The notes beneath the pieces were generated by a model. The model did not search any database. It saw only the letters and a list, made by a program, of their open reading frames with translations, and was not told the DNA's origin. This document shows, in pieces, positions 44,951-54,322 of a stretch of 64,000 nucleotides of DNA. How positions within the stretch are numbered: the stretch's first letter is position 1; each line of letters begins with the position of its first letter. The position numbers were made by a program, and so were the translations under genes. The stretch is from Tepidisphaera sp. (GTDB lineage Bacteria; Planctomycetota; Phycisphaerae; Phycisphaerales; UBA1924): contig CP051526.1 in NCBI GenBank assembly GCA_050916045.1, forward strand, positions 192,001 through 256,000. Direction: 5' to 3'.

Positions 44951-46585
44951 ATGCACAACGGACGCGGACTGGTTTTGGTGGCGATCGTCGGTCTCGCGGC
45001 GAGTGCGTTCGCCCAGCCGGCCGAGACGGTGCAGGAAGCTCCGATCGCGCCGCCGCTGCTCGCCGAGCCTCCCAAGGACTCCTTGTCCGCACCCAAGCCC
45101 GCGGACGCCAAAGCCGAGCCGGCACCTTCTCTCAACCAAGACCCCGAAGCCAAAGCCGCGTTCGACCAGTTCGTCGAAGCGATGAAGACCATCAACTCGC
45201 TTTCCTTCGAGGTCTCTTTCGCCGTCGATGGAAACGGCAAAGAGATGTTCGGCACGACCACCGCCAAGATCATCGCGCGGCGCACCGAGACGGGCTGGGC
45301 GTATCGCATGACCGGCAAGGGCAAGCGGACTGCCAAAGCCGACGATGTCGAGTTTGATGTTCTCTACGCCGAGGGCAACGCTTCCTGGCTCGACAAGGAC
45401 GCCAAGAAGCTCTATGTCCGACCGACCGCGACGGCCCGCGGCAAGCCGCTTGAAGCCGCGAGTAATCTCCGCACCCTCAGCGACCTCTTTGTCGCTTCCC
45501 CGCTCGCCAAGGAGCGGGTCTCTCCGACGATGACCCTGCGCGACGCCGAGAAGGTCGGATCGGTCGATTGCATCGTCGCCGCGGTGACGGGCGCTCCCGG
45601 CACGATGTCGGGTGATTCGATCTTCGCGTTCGGCAAGGACGACCACATTCCGCGCCGCATCACGCGCGAGCGTTCCAGCAGCAAGGGCACCACCTCGATG
45701 GTGCTCGAGTTCTCGAACCTGAAGGTCGATGAGAAGTTCACCGACGCCGACTTCACTCTCGCGCTGCCCGACGGGTTCACCAAGGACGAGCAGCAGTCCC
45801 CGAAAGCCGCTTCCGCCACGCCGCCTGCCCGCGTGCCGGACAAAGCCGCGCCGATCGCCCCGCCGAAGAGCATCACCGACGCCGGCGAGGTCCTGACGCC
45901 CCCGACCGGTCCGGGAGCCGAAACCGGCGTTCCCGTCGCGACGCCCGTGGTCGGGCCGGATGGGCTGGTGACCCCGCCCGGCACCCAGCCGGGGCAGATC
46001 GTTCCCGCTCAGCCTTCGATCGTGAATCCCGTTCCGTCTCCGAACTCGCCGGCTTCGCCCGTTCCGACGAACGACGCCGGGCCGATGCAGGCGTTTGAAG
46101 CCAAGACCCTGGACGGCAAGACCGTGACCCTCGATTCCATCAAGGGGCAGCCGACGGTGGTCCTCTTCTTTGGCTCATGGTCGCTTTCGTCCAAGAAAGC
46201 GCTGCCCGAGCTCAAGGACCTTGCGACGCGTTACAAGGGCAAAGCCAACATCTACGCCGCCGCCGTCCGCCAGCGGGATTCGCAAGCCGCCGGCAAGATG
46301 GTCGCGGACGCCGGGCTTGATGTTCCCGTCATCATCGACGCGGACAAACTCGCCGATCAGTGGCACGTCGGCGCGTATCCCGCGCTCTTCGTCCTCGGCG
46401 CGGACGGCGAGATTCTCAAGAAGCCCGAGACAAGCAAGCTCATCGACATGTTCAGCGCGGCCAAGGCGGCGCTTGACAACGCGCTTGGAATGACTCCCGA
46501 GGCCGCTTCCGCGGCGGAGACCCAGCCGGACCTGCCGCTTCCGGGCGAAGCCGGCTCCGGCGGAGATCAGCAGCCTTCGAAGTAA
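44951..46585 (+). CDS. Exported LolA-like domain + Pro-rich linker + cysteine-less redoxin (TlpA-like) domain protein
   Basis: Signal peptide; LolA-like beta domain ending FTLALPDG; TLDGKTVTLDSIKGQPTVVLFFGSWSLSSKKALP...YPALFVLGADG. Confidence 0.7.
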   Translation: MHNGRGLVLVAIVGLAASAFAQPAETVQEAPIAPPLLAEPPKDSLSAPKPADAKAEPAPSLNQDPEAKAAFDQFVEAMKTINSLSFEVSFAVDGNGKEMFGTTTAKIIARRTETGWAYRMTGKGKRTAKADDVEFDVLYAEGNASWLDKDAKKLYVRPTATARGKPLEAASNLRTLSDLFVASPLAKERVSPTMTLRDAEKVGSVDCIVAAVTGAPGTMSGDSIFAFGKDDHIPRRITRERSSSKGTTSMVLEFSNLKVDEKFTDADFTLALPDGFTKDEQQSPKAASATPPARVPDKAAPIAPPKSITDAGEVLTPPTGPGAETGVPVATPVVGPDGLVTPPGTQPGQIVPAQPSIVNPVPSPNSPASPVPTNDAGPMQAFEAKTLDGKTVTLDSIKGQPTVVLFFGSWSLSSKKALPELKDLATRYKGKANIYAAAVRQRDSQAAGKMVADAGLDVPVIIDADKLADQWHVGAYPALFVLGADGEILKKPETSKLIDMFSAAKAALDNALGMTPEAASAAETQPDLPLPGEAGSGGDQQPSK

Positions 46586-46616
46586 GCAGCATGTTCGTGC
46601 GGGCGGCCGCGAGCGA

Positions 46617-48251
46617 TCACTTCACCGCGTCAGAATCCGCCTGGACCTTCGTTGTCGGCACTTCGAGCTTCATCGCGCGAAGCACGGGGAAGTCCGTGTC
46701 CGGCTTGGCCCACGCGTCGAAGTAGTTCCACGTCGCGAGCCCGTCTTCGCTCATCGGTTCGAGCAGGTACACCGCGAGGCGGCCGAGGAGGCCGTCGGTC
46801 CGAACCACCAGCGATCCGGCGGGGACGTCGACCTCCGCTTCGCGTGTTTCGGCTTCGAGCGTGAGTGGGATCTGATTCTGGAAGGGTCGCGAGAGTGGTT
46901 TGGAGCTCGTGATCCGCTGCACCTGAACGGTGAGCTTGGCGGCTTGCGCGGTCGTTTCGAGCGTCAAGCCGTGGGCCGCGAGCACGCTCTGCACTTCCGC
47001 CGTCGGGCTTGGGATGATGTACGCGGCGGGGCGGTCGACCTCGAGAGCGGGGGTGAACCGGTCCCAAAGCTCAACCTCGTAGTCCTTGGGTTCGCCGGTG
47101 GAGACGCTGCGGCCGTTCTTTTCCGCTTCGACGAACCCCTTGACGGTGAAGGTGCCCGGCCACGCGCTCGCCTTGGACAGGATCGCCACCTTGGGCGGTG
47201 CTTGGTCCGCTTCTCCGACGATCCGGCGGATCTCGTCGCGATGGGCATCGGCCGCGTGGAGGATGGAGGTGCAGAACGCGAGGCTTCCGAGCACGCGGTC
47301 CTTGTACGACGCGTATGAGTAGCTTTCGACGAGGACGCTGAGCTTGCCGCGCAGGCCGAGGTAGGTCGTGCCGAACCGGGCTTCGGCGGGGAACGTCTCC
47401 CAGCGTGTGTGGGTGCGCGGCGGGTTCTCGTGATCTCCCTCGAAGTTGCCGTACCAGAACGTCGGGCGGCCGGTGGTGCTCTCGAAGTGCTGGGCGATCT
47501 TCGGCATGAACGTGTTTCGAGAGAAGTCGACGATGCGAGGGTCGCCCGCGGGAGATTTCGGCCCCGCGTAGGTCACGAGGTAGCGGTGGTGGCTTCCGTT
47601 GGTGGTGTGACAATCGACGACGACGGCGGGGTCCCAGAGGCGCACCGTGTTCACCAAAGCCCGGACTTCCGGGGTCTTGAGCTTGATGAAGTCGCGGTTG
47701 AGGTCCAGGCCCTGCGCGTTCTCGCGGATGCCGCATCCTTTCGCGGGCCCGATCTGGCCGGGGCGGTGTGTTTCGGTGGGCCCGATCTTGTCGTTGCTGT
47801 CGGCGTTGAAATTGGGCGCGATGATCACGACCAGATGGCGAAGCAGCGGGTGGTTCGGCTCGGTGGCGAGCGTGCGAGCGAGCATGCCGAGGGCTTCCTT
47901 GCCGTCGCATTCGCCCGCGTGGATGTTGCCGAAGAGAAACACCGTGAGCTTGCCGCTGGCTTTGGCCTGTTCGGGCGTGGCGACGGGCGGGTCGGCGATG
48001 ATCACCATCGGGATATCGCGGCCCTGGTGCGTCGTGCCCATCGATGCCCTGCGGACCAGCGGGAGCGTGGCGAGCGCATCAAGATGCTCGATCACTTCCG
48101 TTGAGGTCGAGGTTGCTTCGAAGCCGGACTTCTCCGCGACGGTGGGGAAGCGTTCGACGCTCGGGCCGGTGGGGGTGGCAAGGTCCTGGCCGCGTGCGGT
48201 GGCCGCGAGGAGCGTGATCGCGAGAGACAAGCCGACTTGACGGAGTGCCAT
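46617..48251 (-). CDS. Secreted M14-family zinc carboxypeptidase
   Basis: Signal peptide; GNIHAGE, RENAQGLDLNRD, VDCHTT, LVES motifs. Confidence 0.9.
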   Translation of the reverse strand: MALRQVGLSLAITLLAATARGQDLATPTGPSVERFPTVAEKSGFEATSTSTEVIEHLDALATLPLVRRASMGTTHQGRDIPMVIIADPPVATPEQAKASGKLTVFLFGNIHAGECDGKEALGMLARTLATEPNHPLLRHLVVIIAPNFNADSNDKIGPTETHRPGQIGPAKGCGIRENAQGLDLNRDFIKLKTPEVRALVNTVRLWDPAVVVDCHTTNGSHHRYLVTYAGPKSPAGDPRIVDFSRNTFMPKIAQHFESTTGRPTFWYGNFEGDHENPPRTHTRWETFPAEARFGTTYLGLRGKLSVLVESYSYASYKDRVLGSLAFCTSILHAADAHRDEIRRIVGEADQAPPKVAILSKASAWPGTFTVKGFVEAEKNGRSVSTGEPKDYEVELWDRFTPALEVDRPAAYIIPSPTAEVQSVLAAHGLTLETTAQAAKLTVQVQRITSSKPLSRPFQNQIPLTLEAETREAEVDVPAGSLVVRTDGLLGRLAVYLLEPMSEDGLATWNYFDAWAKPDTDFPVLRAMKLEVPTTKVQADSDAVK

Positions 48252-48273
48252 AGCCCGATGGTATTCGAATCGC

Positions 48274-49005
48274 TCACCGGTCCTTGACGGGCCAGCCGGT
48301 CGCTTGCACGAAGAGGTTCTGGATCGCGCCCGTGATCTCTTCCGCGGACTTCTTGCCAGGCGGGCTTTCGTAGATGGGGAGGAGCGTCACCTTGCTTCGG
48401 CTTGGCACGGAGAGGCTTCCCCAGGCGCTGTTGGTGACGGGCGTTCCCTCGATGATGACGGGGAGCACGCGGGCTTTGGTCATGCGGACGAGGAGGCCGA
48501 TGCCCGGCGCGAAGGGCTTGAGCGTGCGGGGCGGGCGTTCGATGCTTCCTTCGGGGAAGACGCCGACGGTGCCGCCGGCGCGGAGATGGCGGATGGCTTC
48601 CTTGGCGGCGGTGGGGTCGTTGCCGGGCTTGCCGGCTTGGCCGCGATCAACCGGGATGATGTCGAGCCACTCCCACCACCAGTCCAGCGATGGGATCATC
48701 ATGTCGCGGCCCATCATCCAGCGGATCTCGAACGGGCACGCCGCTTGGACGAGCACCGGGTCGACGCCCGCGGTGTGATTCACGACGACGATAAGGCCGC
48801 GGCCGTCGGCCCGGGTCGGAACCGGCCCGCGCACCCGAAGCCCATGAAAGAGGCGGACATAGAGCTTGGTGAACGCGAGTCCGAACCCGTAGATCGCGTC
48901 ATTCCGCGGATTGTCCATGATGCGACCCGCCGCCCATCCGACGACAAGCCACAACCCCGCCACCAAGATGATGACAACCACGACGGACACCGCCGATGTT
49001 AGCAC
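48274..49005 (-). CDS. Lysophospholipid (PlsC-like) acyltransferase
   Basis: NHTAGVD, IIPVDR, VFPEG motifs. Confidence 0.9.
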   Translation of the reverse strand: MLTSAVSVVVVIILVAGLWLVVGWAAGRIMDNPRNDAIYGFGLAFTKLYVRLFHGLRVRGPVPTRADGRGLIVVVNHTAGVDPVLVQAACPFEIRWMMGRDMMIPSLDWWWEWLDIIPVDRGQAGKPGNDPTAAKEAIRHLRAGGTVGVFPEGSIERPPRTLKPFAPGIGLLVRMTKARVLPVIIEGTPVTNSAWGSLSVPSRSKVTLLPIYESPPGKKSAEEITGAIQNLFVQATGWPVKDR

Positions 49006-49056
49006 TTACTTCGCCGCATTTCGGCCCGTGACCGGCTCGGATCCGTATCCTTCTGC

Positions 49057-50472
49057 ATGAGCGATCTGTGGGCCGGACAACGCGCGGCCGCTCGGCGCAC
49101 CGCCGAGCCTCTGGCCGTACGCCTCCGACCCCGGTCACTTGCCGAATTTCGAGGCCAGGAGCACCTCCTGGGCCCCGGCAAGCTCCTCCGTCGGATGCTG
49201 GAGGGTGGGGCGATCACCTCCATCATCCTCCACGGACCCCCGGGAACCGGAAAGACGACCCTGGCCGAGGTCATCGCCGCCCATAGCAAGCGGGCTTTCG
49301 TCCGGGAGAACGCGGCGGGCGTCGGGGTCAAGCGGATCCGCGAGGTGATCGACGAAGCCGCCGCTCGCTTGGAGAACGCGGGCACCCGCACCATCCTGTT
49401 CCTCGACGAGATCCACCGGTTTACGAAAGCCCAGCAGGATGTGCTTCTGCCGGATGTTGAGCGCGGAGTGATCACGCTCATCGGCGCGACGACGGAGAAC
49501 CCGCTTTTCGCGGTCAACTCGGCACTCGTGAGCCGGAGCACGCTCTTCAGGCTTGAGCCGCTGAGCCAGGAGGCGATCAAGGAGGTCGTGCGGGCGGCGA
49601 TCGCGGATGCGGAACGCGGGTTCGGCAAGCGGCGGATCGACATCACGGAGGAGGCGCTTCACGTCTGGGCGATTCGGAGCGAAGGGGACGCCCGGCGGGC
49701 TTTGACCGCGCTCGAGGTCGCCGTCATGTCGTCGCGGGCGGGTGCGGAAGAGACGATCGTGATCGATCGCGAGGTCGCGGAAGCCAGCATCCAGCAGAAA
49801 GCCCCGGCGTACGGCGGCGCGAGCGGCGACGGTCATTACGACCAGATCTCCGCGTTCATCAAGAGTGTCCGCGGAAGCGACCCCGACGCGGCGCTGTACT
49901 GGCTTGCGAGCATGCTTGAAGCCGGGGAGGACCCGAGGTTCATCGCCCGCCGGCTTGCGATCTTGGCGAGCGAGGACATCGGCAACGCCGACCCGCGGGC
50001 GATCATGATCGCGGCGGCGGGGTATCAGGTGATCGAGCGGATCGGCATGCCCGAAGCACGGATCACGCTTGCCCAGATGACCACGGCGATGGCTCTTTCG
50101 CCCAAGAGCAACGCGAGCTACGCGGCGATCGAAGCGGCTCTCGCGGATGTGCGTGAAGGCCGGACGCTCGCCGTGCCGATGTACCTGCGCGATCCGAACA
50201 GTTCGCCCGTGTCGACCGATCCGCGCACCGGCGGAGCGGGCGTTCGCACCAAGCAAGCGGGCGGGCCGGGCGCGGAGAAGTACGAATACACCCACGATGC
50301 CGGCAACACCGGACAGGATTACCTCGGCGTGGAACGCGAGTATTACAAGCCCGGTGAGGTGGGAGCGGAAAAGGCCCATGCGGAAAGGCTGGCGGAGATC
50401 CGAAGGCTTCGGCGCGAGCGGCGGGACGACGGACGCGGACGGGAGGTCGGCGGTGACCGCGGAAACGCTTGA
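49057..50472 (+). CDS. rarA: Replication-associated recombination protein A
   Basis: PLAVRLRP, GPPGTGKTT, DEIHRF.K.QQD, GATTENP, ISAFIKSVRGSDPDA, SEDIGNADP. Confidence 0.96.
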   Translation: MSDLWAGQRAAARRTAEPLAVRLRPRSLAEFRGQEHLLGPGKLLRRMLEGGAITSIILHGPPGTGKTTLAEVIAAHSKRAFVRENAAGVGVKRIREVIDEAAARLENAGTRTILFLDEIHRFTKAQQDVLLPDVERGVITLIGATTENPLFAVNSALVSRSTLFRLEPLSQEAIKEVVRAAIADAERGFGKRRIDITEEALHVWAIRSEGDARRALTALEVAVMSSRAGAEETIVIDREVAEASIQQKAPAYGGASGDGHYDQISAFIKSVRGSDPDAALYWLASMLEAGEDPRFIARRLAILASEDIGNADPRAIMIAAAGYQVIERIGMPEARITLAQMTTAMALSPKSNASYAAIEAALADVREGRTLAVPMYLRDPNSSPVSTDPRTGGAGVRTKQAGGPGAEKYEYTHDAGNTGQDYLGVEREYYKPGEVGAEKAHAERLAEIRRLRRERRDDGRGREVGGDRGNA

Positions 50473-51079
50473 GGAACGCAAGAAGCGGACGCGGCGAGCG
50501 GTGGCGTTGCTCGTGGAGACGCTGACCGCGCCGCGGCTGGCGGAGGAATCGGCGATGGTCTGTCGGCAGTTGGCGGATCTGCCGGAGGTGCGCCAGGCCC
50601 GGGTCTTGATGGCGTACGCGCCCACGGACCGCGAGGTGGACTGTCGGGAAGCGTGTCGTGCGGCGCTGGCGGGGGGACGGGTCGTCCTTCTGCCCGCGAT
50701 TGACTGGGACGCGAAGGTGCTGATTCCGCGGCGGGTGACCAGCGTGGATTCCGGCCTTGTCGTTCGCAAACACGGCATCCCGGAGCCCGTGGCGGCGCCG
50801 AATGAGATTGGCGCGTCGGAGCTGAGCGAGATTGACGTGGTTTTCGTCCCCGGAATCGCGTTTGATGAGGCCGGGAGGCGTCTCGGGCGGGGCGGGGGGT
50901 TCTATGATCGTTTCTTAAGCCGGATCCCGGCGCGGACGCGTCGGATCGGGCTGGCGTTGGAAGTTCAAGGCCTGCGGGAGGTTCCCGCCGGCGAGCAGGA
51001 CGCCCGCGTGGACGCGGTCGTGCTTCCTTCGCGTGTGTGGCGGTGCCCCCCCAGGGATGGATCGGGGCTGGCCCGCTGA
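50453..51079 (+). CDS. 5-formyltetrahydrofolate cyclo-ligase
   Basis: EVD, GIPEP, VPGIAFDEAGRRLGRGGGFYDR; GGAGG before GTG 50453. Confidence 0.92.
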   Translation: MTAETLEERKKRTRRAVALLVETLTAPRLAEESAMVCRQLADLPEVRQARVLMAYAPTDREVDCREACRAALAGGRVVLLPAIDWDAKVLIPRRVTSVDSGLVVRKHGIPEPVAAPNEIGASELSEIDVVFVPGIAFDEAGRRLGRGGGFYDRFLSRIPARTRRIGLALEVQGLREVPAGEQDARVDAVVLPSRVWRCPPRDGSGLAR

Positions 51080-51095
51080 TTTCGGAGATTGCGCA

Positions 51096-52502
51096 ATGGC
51101 TCTTCCCTCTCAAGCGGAACGTTCGGGCGATTCGGGTCGCGCGGTGTCGTATCAGACCGGTGGCGGCGGGGGCTCCCGCGTTCCGATGCTCATCATCGGG
51201 TTGCTCGTCGTCGCGGGGGCGACCGGCTCCATCTACTGGCTTGCCCAATCCGGCCCCAAGGACGCTTCCGCCCTGACCGCCAAGAACGGCGAGAAGCCCT
51301 CCGACAAGGGCGGCTTGGTCGCGAAGAAGCCGGACGTGAAGAACGACCTCAAGCCCGACCCCAAGCCCTTCGGCAACTCTCCGGCGGTCGTCGAGCCGGT
51401 CCGCATCTCCCTTGGGTCGGCCCAGCCCGCGACGCCCACCCCTTCCCCCACGGGAACCCCGGCAACCAATCCGTCCGCCAATCCGCCCGCCAATCCGGCC
51501 GGTGGCCAACCGCTCCCCGGCCCGACCAACCCGCCCGCGACCACCCCCGGCGCGGCTCCCGGAAGCACGCCCCCCGCGGGTGAGACCGGCAAGCCCGCTG
51601 GCATCGACGTGACCAGCCCCTCGGGCGCGCCGGGCAACCCGCCCAGTAATGCGCCGGGCGCCAATCCCGGCTCGAATCCGGGCACCGCGCCCTCCGGCCC
51701 CGGATCGCCCCTTCCCGCCACCGGCTCCACAAGCGAGGTCATGAACCTCATGGCCGAGGGTGACCGCAAGCAGAAAGCCGGCGACCTCCTCGGCGCCCGG
51801 GCCCTCCTCAGCAAAGCCCTCCTGAACTCCAAGACGTCCAAGTCCGATCAGGAAGCTCTCCGAACCAAGCTCACGACGATCAACCAGGACCTCATCTTCT
51901 CCGCCAAGGTCACCCCCGGCGATCCGATGTGCGAGGAGTACACGATCGAGCCCGGCGACGGTCTCGAGAAGATCGCTCGCAAACGCGCTCTTGTCACCGA
52001 CTGGCGCCTGATCGAGCGCATCAACAAGGTCGACTCCACCAAGCTCAAGGTCGGCAAGAAGCTCAAGCTCGTCCGCGGCCCCTTCCACGCCGTCGTGACC
52101 AAGTCCGACTACCGCCTCGACCTTTACTGGGGCGTGCCCAGCGATCCGGAGAACTGGATCTACGTTAAATCCTTCAAGGTCGGGCTCGGCCCCAACACGC
52201 CCGTCGGTGACTTCACCGTCAAGACCGCAAGCCGCCAGGTCAACCCGCCGTGGACCAATCCCCAGACCGGCGAGAAGTTCGCCGCCGACGACCCGAAGAA
52301 CCCCATCGGCGAACGCTGGGTCGGTATCGAAGGCAAGGGCGAAGCCGCGAAGTTCAAGGGTTTCGGCATCCACGGCACCATCGAGCCCGACTCCATCGGC
52401 CAGAGCAAGAGCATGGGCTGCGTCCGCATGCTCGACGATGATGTCGCGCTCGTCTACACCATGCTCATGGATCCCGTCAGCGTCGTCAAGCTCGTGCCCT
52501 GA
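51096..52502 (+). CDS. Membrane-anchored LysM + L,D-transpeptidase (YkuD) protein
   Basis: TM helix, Pro-rich linker, LysM (YTIEPGDGLEKIA), NPIGERW, GIHGT....SIG...SMGCVRM catalytic motif. Confidence 0.92.
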   Translation: MALPSQAERSGDSGRAVSYQTGGGGGSRVPMLIIGLLVVAGATGSIYWLAQSGPKDASALTAKNGEKPSDKGGLVAKKPDVKNDLKPDPKPFGNSPAVVEPVRISLGSAQPATPTPSPTGTPATNPSANPPANPAGGQPLPGPTNPPATTPGAAPGSTPPAGETGKPAGIDVTSPSGAPGNPPSNAPGANPGSNPGTAPSGPGSPLPATGSTSEVMNLMAEGDRKQKAGDLLGARALLSKALLNSKTSKSDQEALRTKLTTINQDLIFSAKVTPGDPMCEEYTIEPGDGLEKIARKRALVTDWRLIERINKVDSTKLKVGKKLKLVRGPFHAVVTKSDYRLDLYWGVPSDPENWIYVKSFKVGLGPNTPVGDFTVKTASRQVNPPWTNPQTGEKFAADDPKNPIGERWVGIEGKGEAAKFKGFGIHGTIEPDSIGQSKSMGCVRMLDDDVALVYTMLMDPVSVVKLVP

Positions 52503-52544
52503 TCGCGAGCGCGGTCGGACCGCGGCAAAGCGCTATGCTGCGCC

Positions 52545-53495
52545 ATGGCCGACAAGCCCGTCGTGATCCAGACCGAGCACCTCGATACCCAAGCCGCGGA
52601 CTGGCTCGCGCAGCGCGTGAACCTGTCCGAGATCCCCTTCGCGGAAGCCGCGCGCCTTCGCGCTGCTCTTCCCGAGGCCCAGGGCCTCGTCGTACGCACC
52701 TACACCAAGGTTGACGCCGACCTCCTCGCGCACGCGCCCAGGCTGAAGGTCGTCGCCAGAGCGGGTGTCGGCTTGGACAACATCGATGTGCAAGCCTGCC
52801 GCGCCCGCGGCGTGCAGGTCGTCTACACGCCCGACGCCAATTCTTCGGCCGTCGTCGAGCTCGTCTTCGCCGTGCTGCTCGATGCGATCCGCCCGAGGCT
52901 TTTCCTCGACAAGTCATTGGACGCGGCCGCGTGGGCCAACCTCCGCAAGGAGCTTCTGGGCCGCCGACAGCTCGAAACCATGACGCTCGGCATCCTGGGC
53001 CTCGGCCGCGTCGGAAGCCGCGTCGCTCGCGTCGGTGCGGCGTTCGGCATGACGGTGCTTTATCACGACCTGCGCGACATTCCCGAGAGCTCGGAATTCG
53101 GCGCTCGCCCGGTCCCGTTCGAGAAGCTACTCGCCGAGAGCGACGCTCTCACCATCCATGTCGACGGCAGAGCATCCAACCGGAACCTTCTCGCCGAGGC
53201 GCAGTTCGGCCGCATGAAGCCCGATGCGGTCTTCGTGAACGCGAGCCGCGGCATGGTCGTCGACCACGCCGCGCTCGCCAGGCACCTCACCGCGAACCCC
53301 TCGGCTTCGGCCATTCTCGACGTCCATGAGCCCGAGCCGATCGCTCCGGACAACCCCCTGCTCGGCCTCAAGAACGCGCACCTCATGCCCCACATCGGCG
53401 CCGCGACCGCGAAAGCCCACGAGAACATGAGCTGGGTCGTCCGCGATGTGTGGCGCGTGCTTGAGGGTGTGGCTCCCCAACACCCCGCCCCGTGA
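52545..53495 (+). CDS. D-isomer-specific 2-hydroxyacid dehydrogenase (SerA-like)
   Basis: RAGVGLDNID, GLGRVG, NASRG, LDVHEPEP, PHIGA motifs. Confidence 0.92.
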   Translation: MADKPVVIQTEHLDTQAADWLAQRVNLSEIPFAEAARLRAALPEAQGLVVRTYTKVDADLLAHAPRLKVVARAGVGLDNIDVQACRARGVQVVYTPDANSSAVVELVFAVLLDAIRPRLFLDKSLDAAAWANLRKELLGRRQLETMTLGILGLGRVGSRVARVGAAFGMTVLYHDLRDIPESSEFGARPVPFEKLLAESDALTIHVDGRASNRNLLAEAQFGRMKPDAVFVNASRGMVVDHAALARHLTANPSASAILDVHEPEPIAPDNPLLGLKNAHLMPHIGAATAKAHENMSWVVRDVWRVLEGVAPQHPAP

Positions 53496-53504
53496 GCTTC
53501 GCGA

Positions 53505-53861
53505 TCAGCCGCGGCGGAACTCTTCGGCGTCAAGCTTGCGTTTTTCGGCTTCGCGGTACCGCAGCAGCGTCACAGGGAAAAGCCCGCCGACCACTGCTGT
53601 CGTGATGAACCCGACCAGCAGGAACGGATGGCCCACGTACCCGGGCTGCCCGAGCATCAGCGCAACCACGCCCGTGATCAGAAGCCCGACGCCGACCGCG
53701 ATCCAGAAAAGCTGGAACCCGACGACGAGCCCCTTGGCTTTGCCCTTGGGCGCAAGGATGCCCATCATCGGCCCGCCCACCCCGCCCGCGAGCGCACCGA
53801 TCAAGCCGCCCATGACGCCCGCGATGTGATTGGCTTCGTGAATCGTGAACCATGCGCTCAT
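53505..53861 (-). CDS. Small membrane protein
   Basis: Three hydrophobic segments; start overlaps the stop of the upstream DUF2089-like gene; AAGGAG upstream. Confidence 0.7.
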   Translation of the reverse strand: MSAWFTIHEANHIAGVMGGLIGALAGGVGGPMMGILAPKGKAKGLVVGFQLFWIAVGVGLLITGVVALMLGQPGYVGHPFLLVGFITTAVVGGLFPVTLLRYREAEKRKLDAEEFRRG

Positions 53862-54268
53862 GAGACCACTCCTTGCGAAGAGATGAACGGGGGAATGCCG
53901 CCGCGCTCCGAAGCGTCGGCGATGGGTGTGCTTGATGAAGCGACGATCGGAGAACCGCTCAGGTGCTTGCGAGCGGCGTCACGCACGACCCGCGCCGCCG
54001 AGACCGACATCTCGCCGCGCTCGACAAGCGTCGCGAGCAGATCGCTCAGCGGGTCCTGCTTCTTCCCCTCAACCGCCGCTTGAAGCCGTTCGATCACGCG
54101 ATCCAGCCGCAGCCGGATCGTCGGATAGCTCACCCCGTACACCGTCGCCAGCTCCTTGAGCGACCCCGACCGCAGCACCAGCTCCACGATGAGGTCCAGA
54201 TCCTCCCTCGGGAGGGCCCGGAGGGGGTGGCTTTCGAGCGGCGACGAGTTTGACAAATCGACGGCCAT
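53858..54268 (-). CDS. DUF2089-family HTH protein
   Basis: LVLRSGSLKELATVYGVSYPTIRLRLDRVI motif. Confidence 0.85.
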   Translation of the reverse strand: MAVDLSNSSPLESHPLRALPREDLDLIVELVLRSGSLKELATVYGVSYPTIRLRLDRVIERLQAAVEGKKQDPLSDLLATLVERGEMSVSAARVVRDAARKHLSGSPIVASSSTPIADASERGGIPPFISSQGVVS

Positions 54269-54322
54269 GTTGAACAAAACATAACCGCTACTTTTGATTT
54301 GTCAAGGTCAACTTTCGAATTG

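Noticed and set aside
50400..50460. 6S RNA upstream of the 5-formyl-THF cyclo-ligase gene
   Set aside because: The gene start overlaps rarA, leaving no intergenic space.
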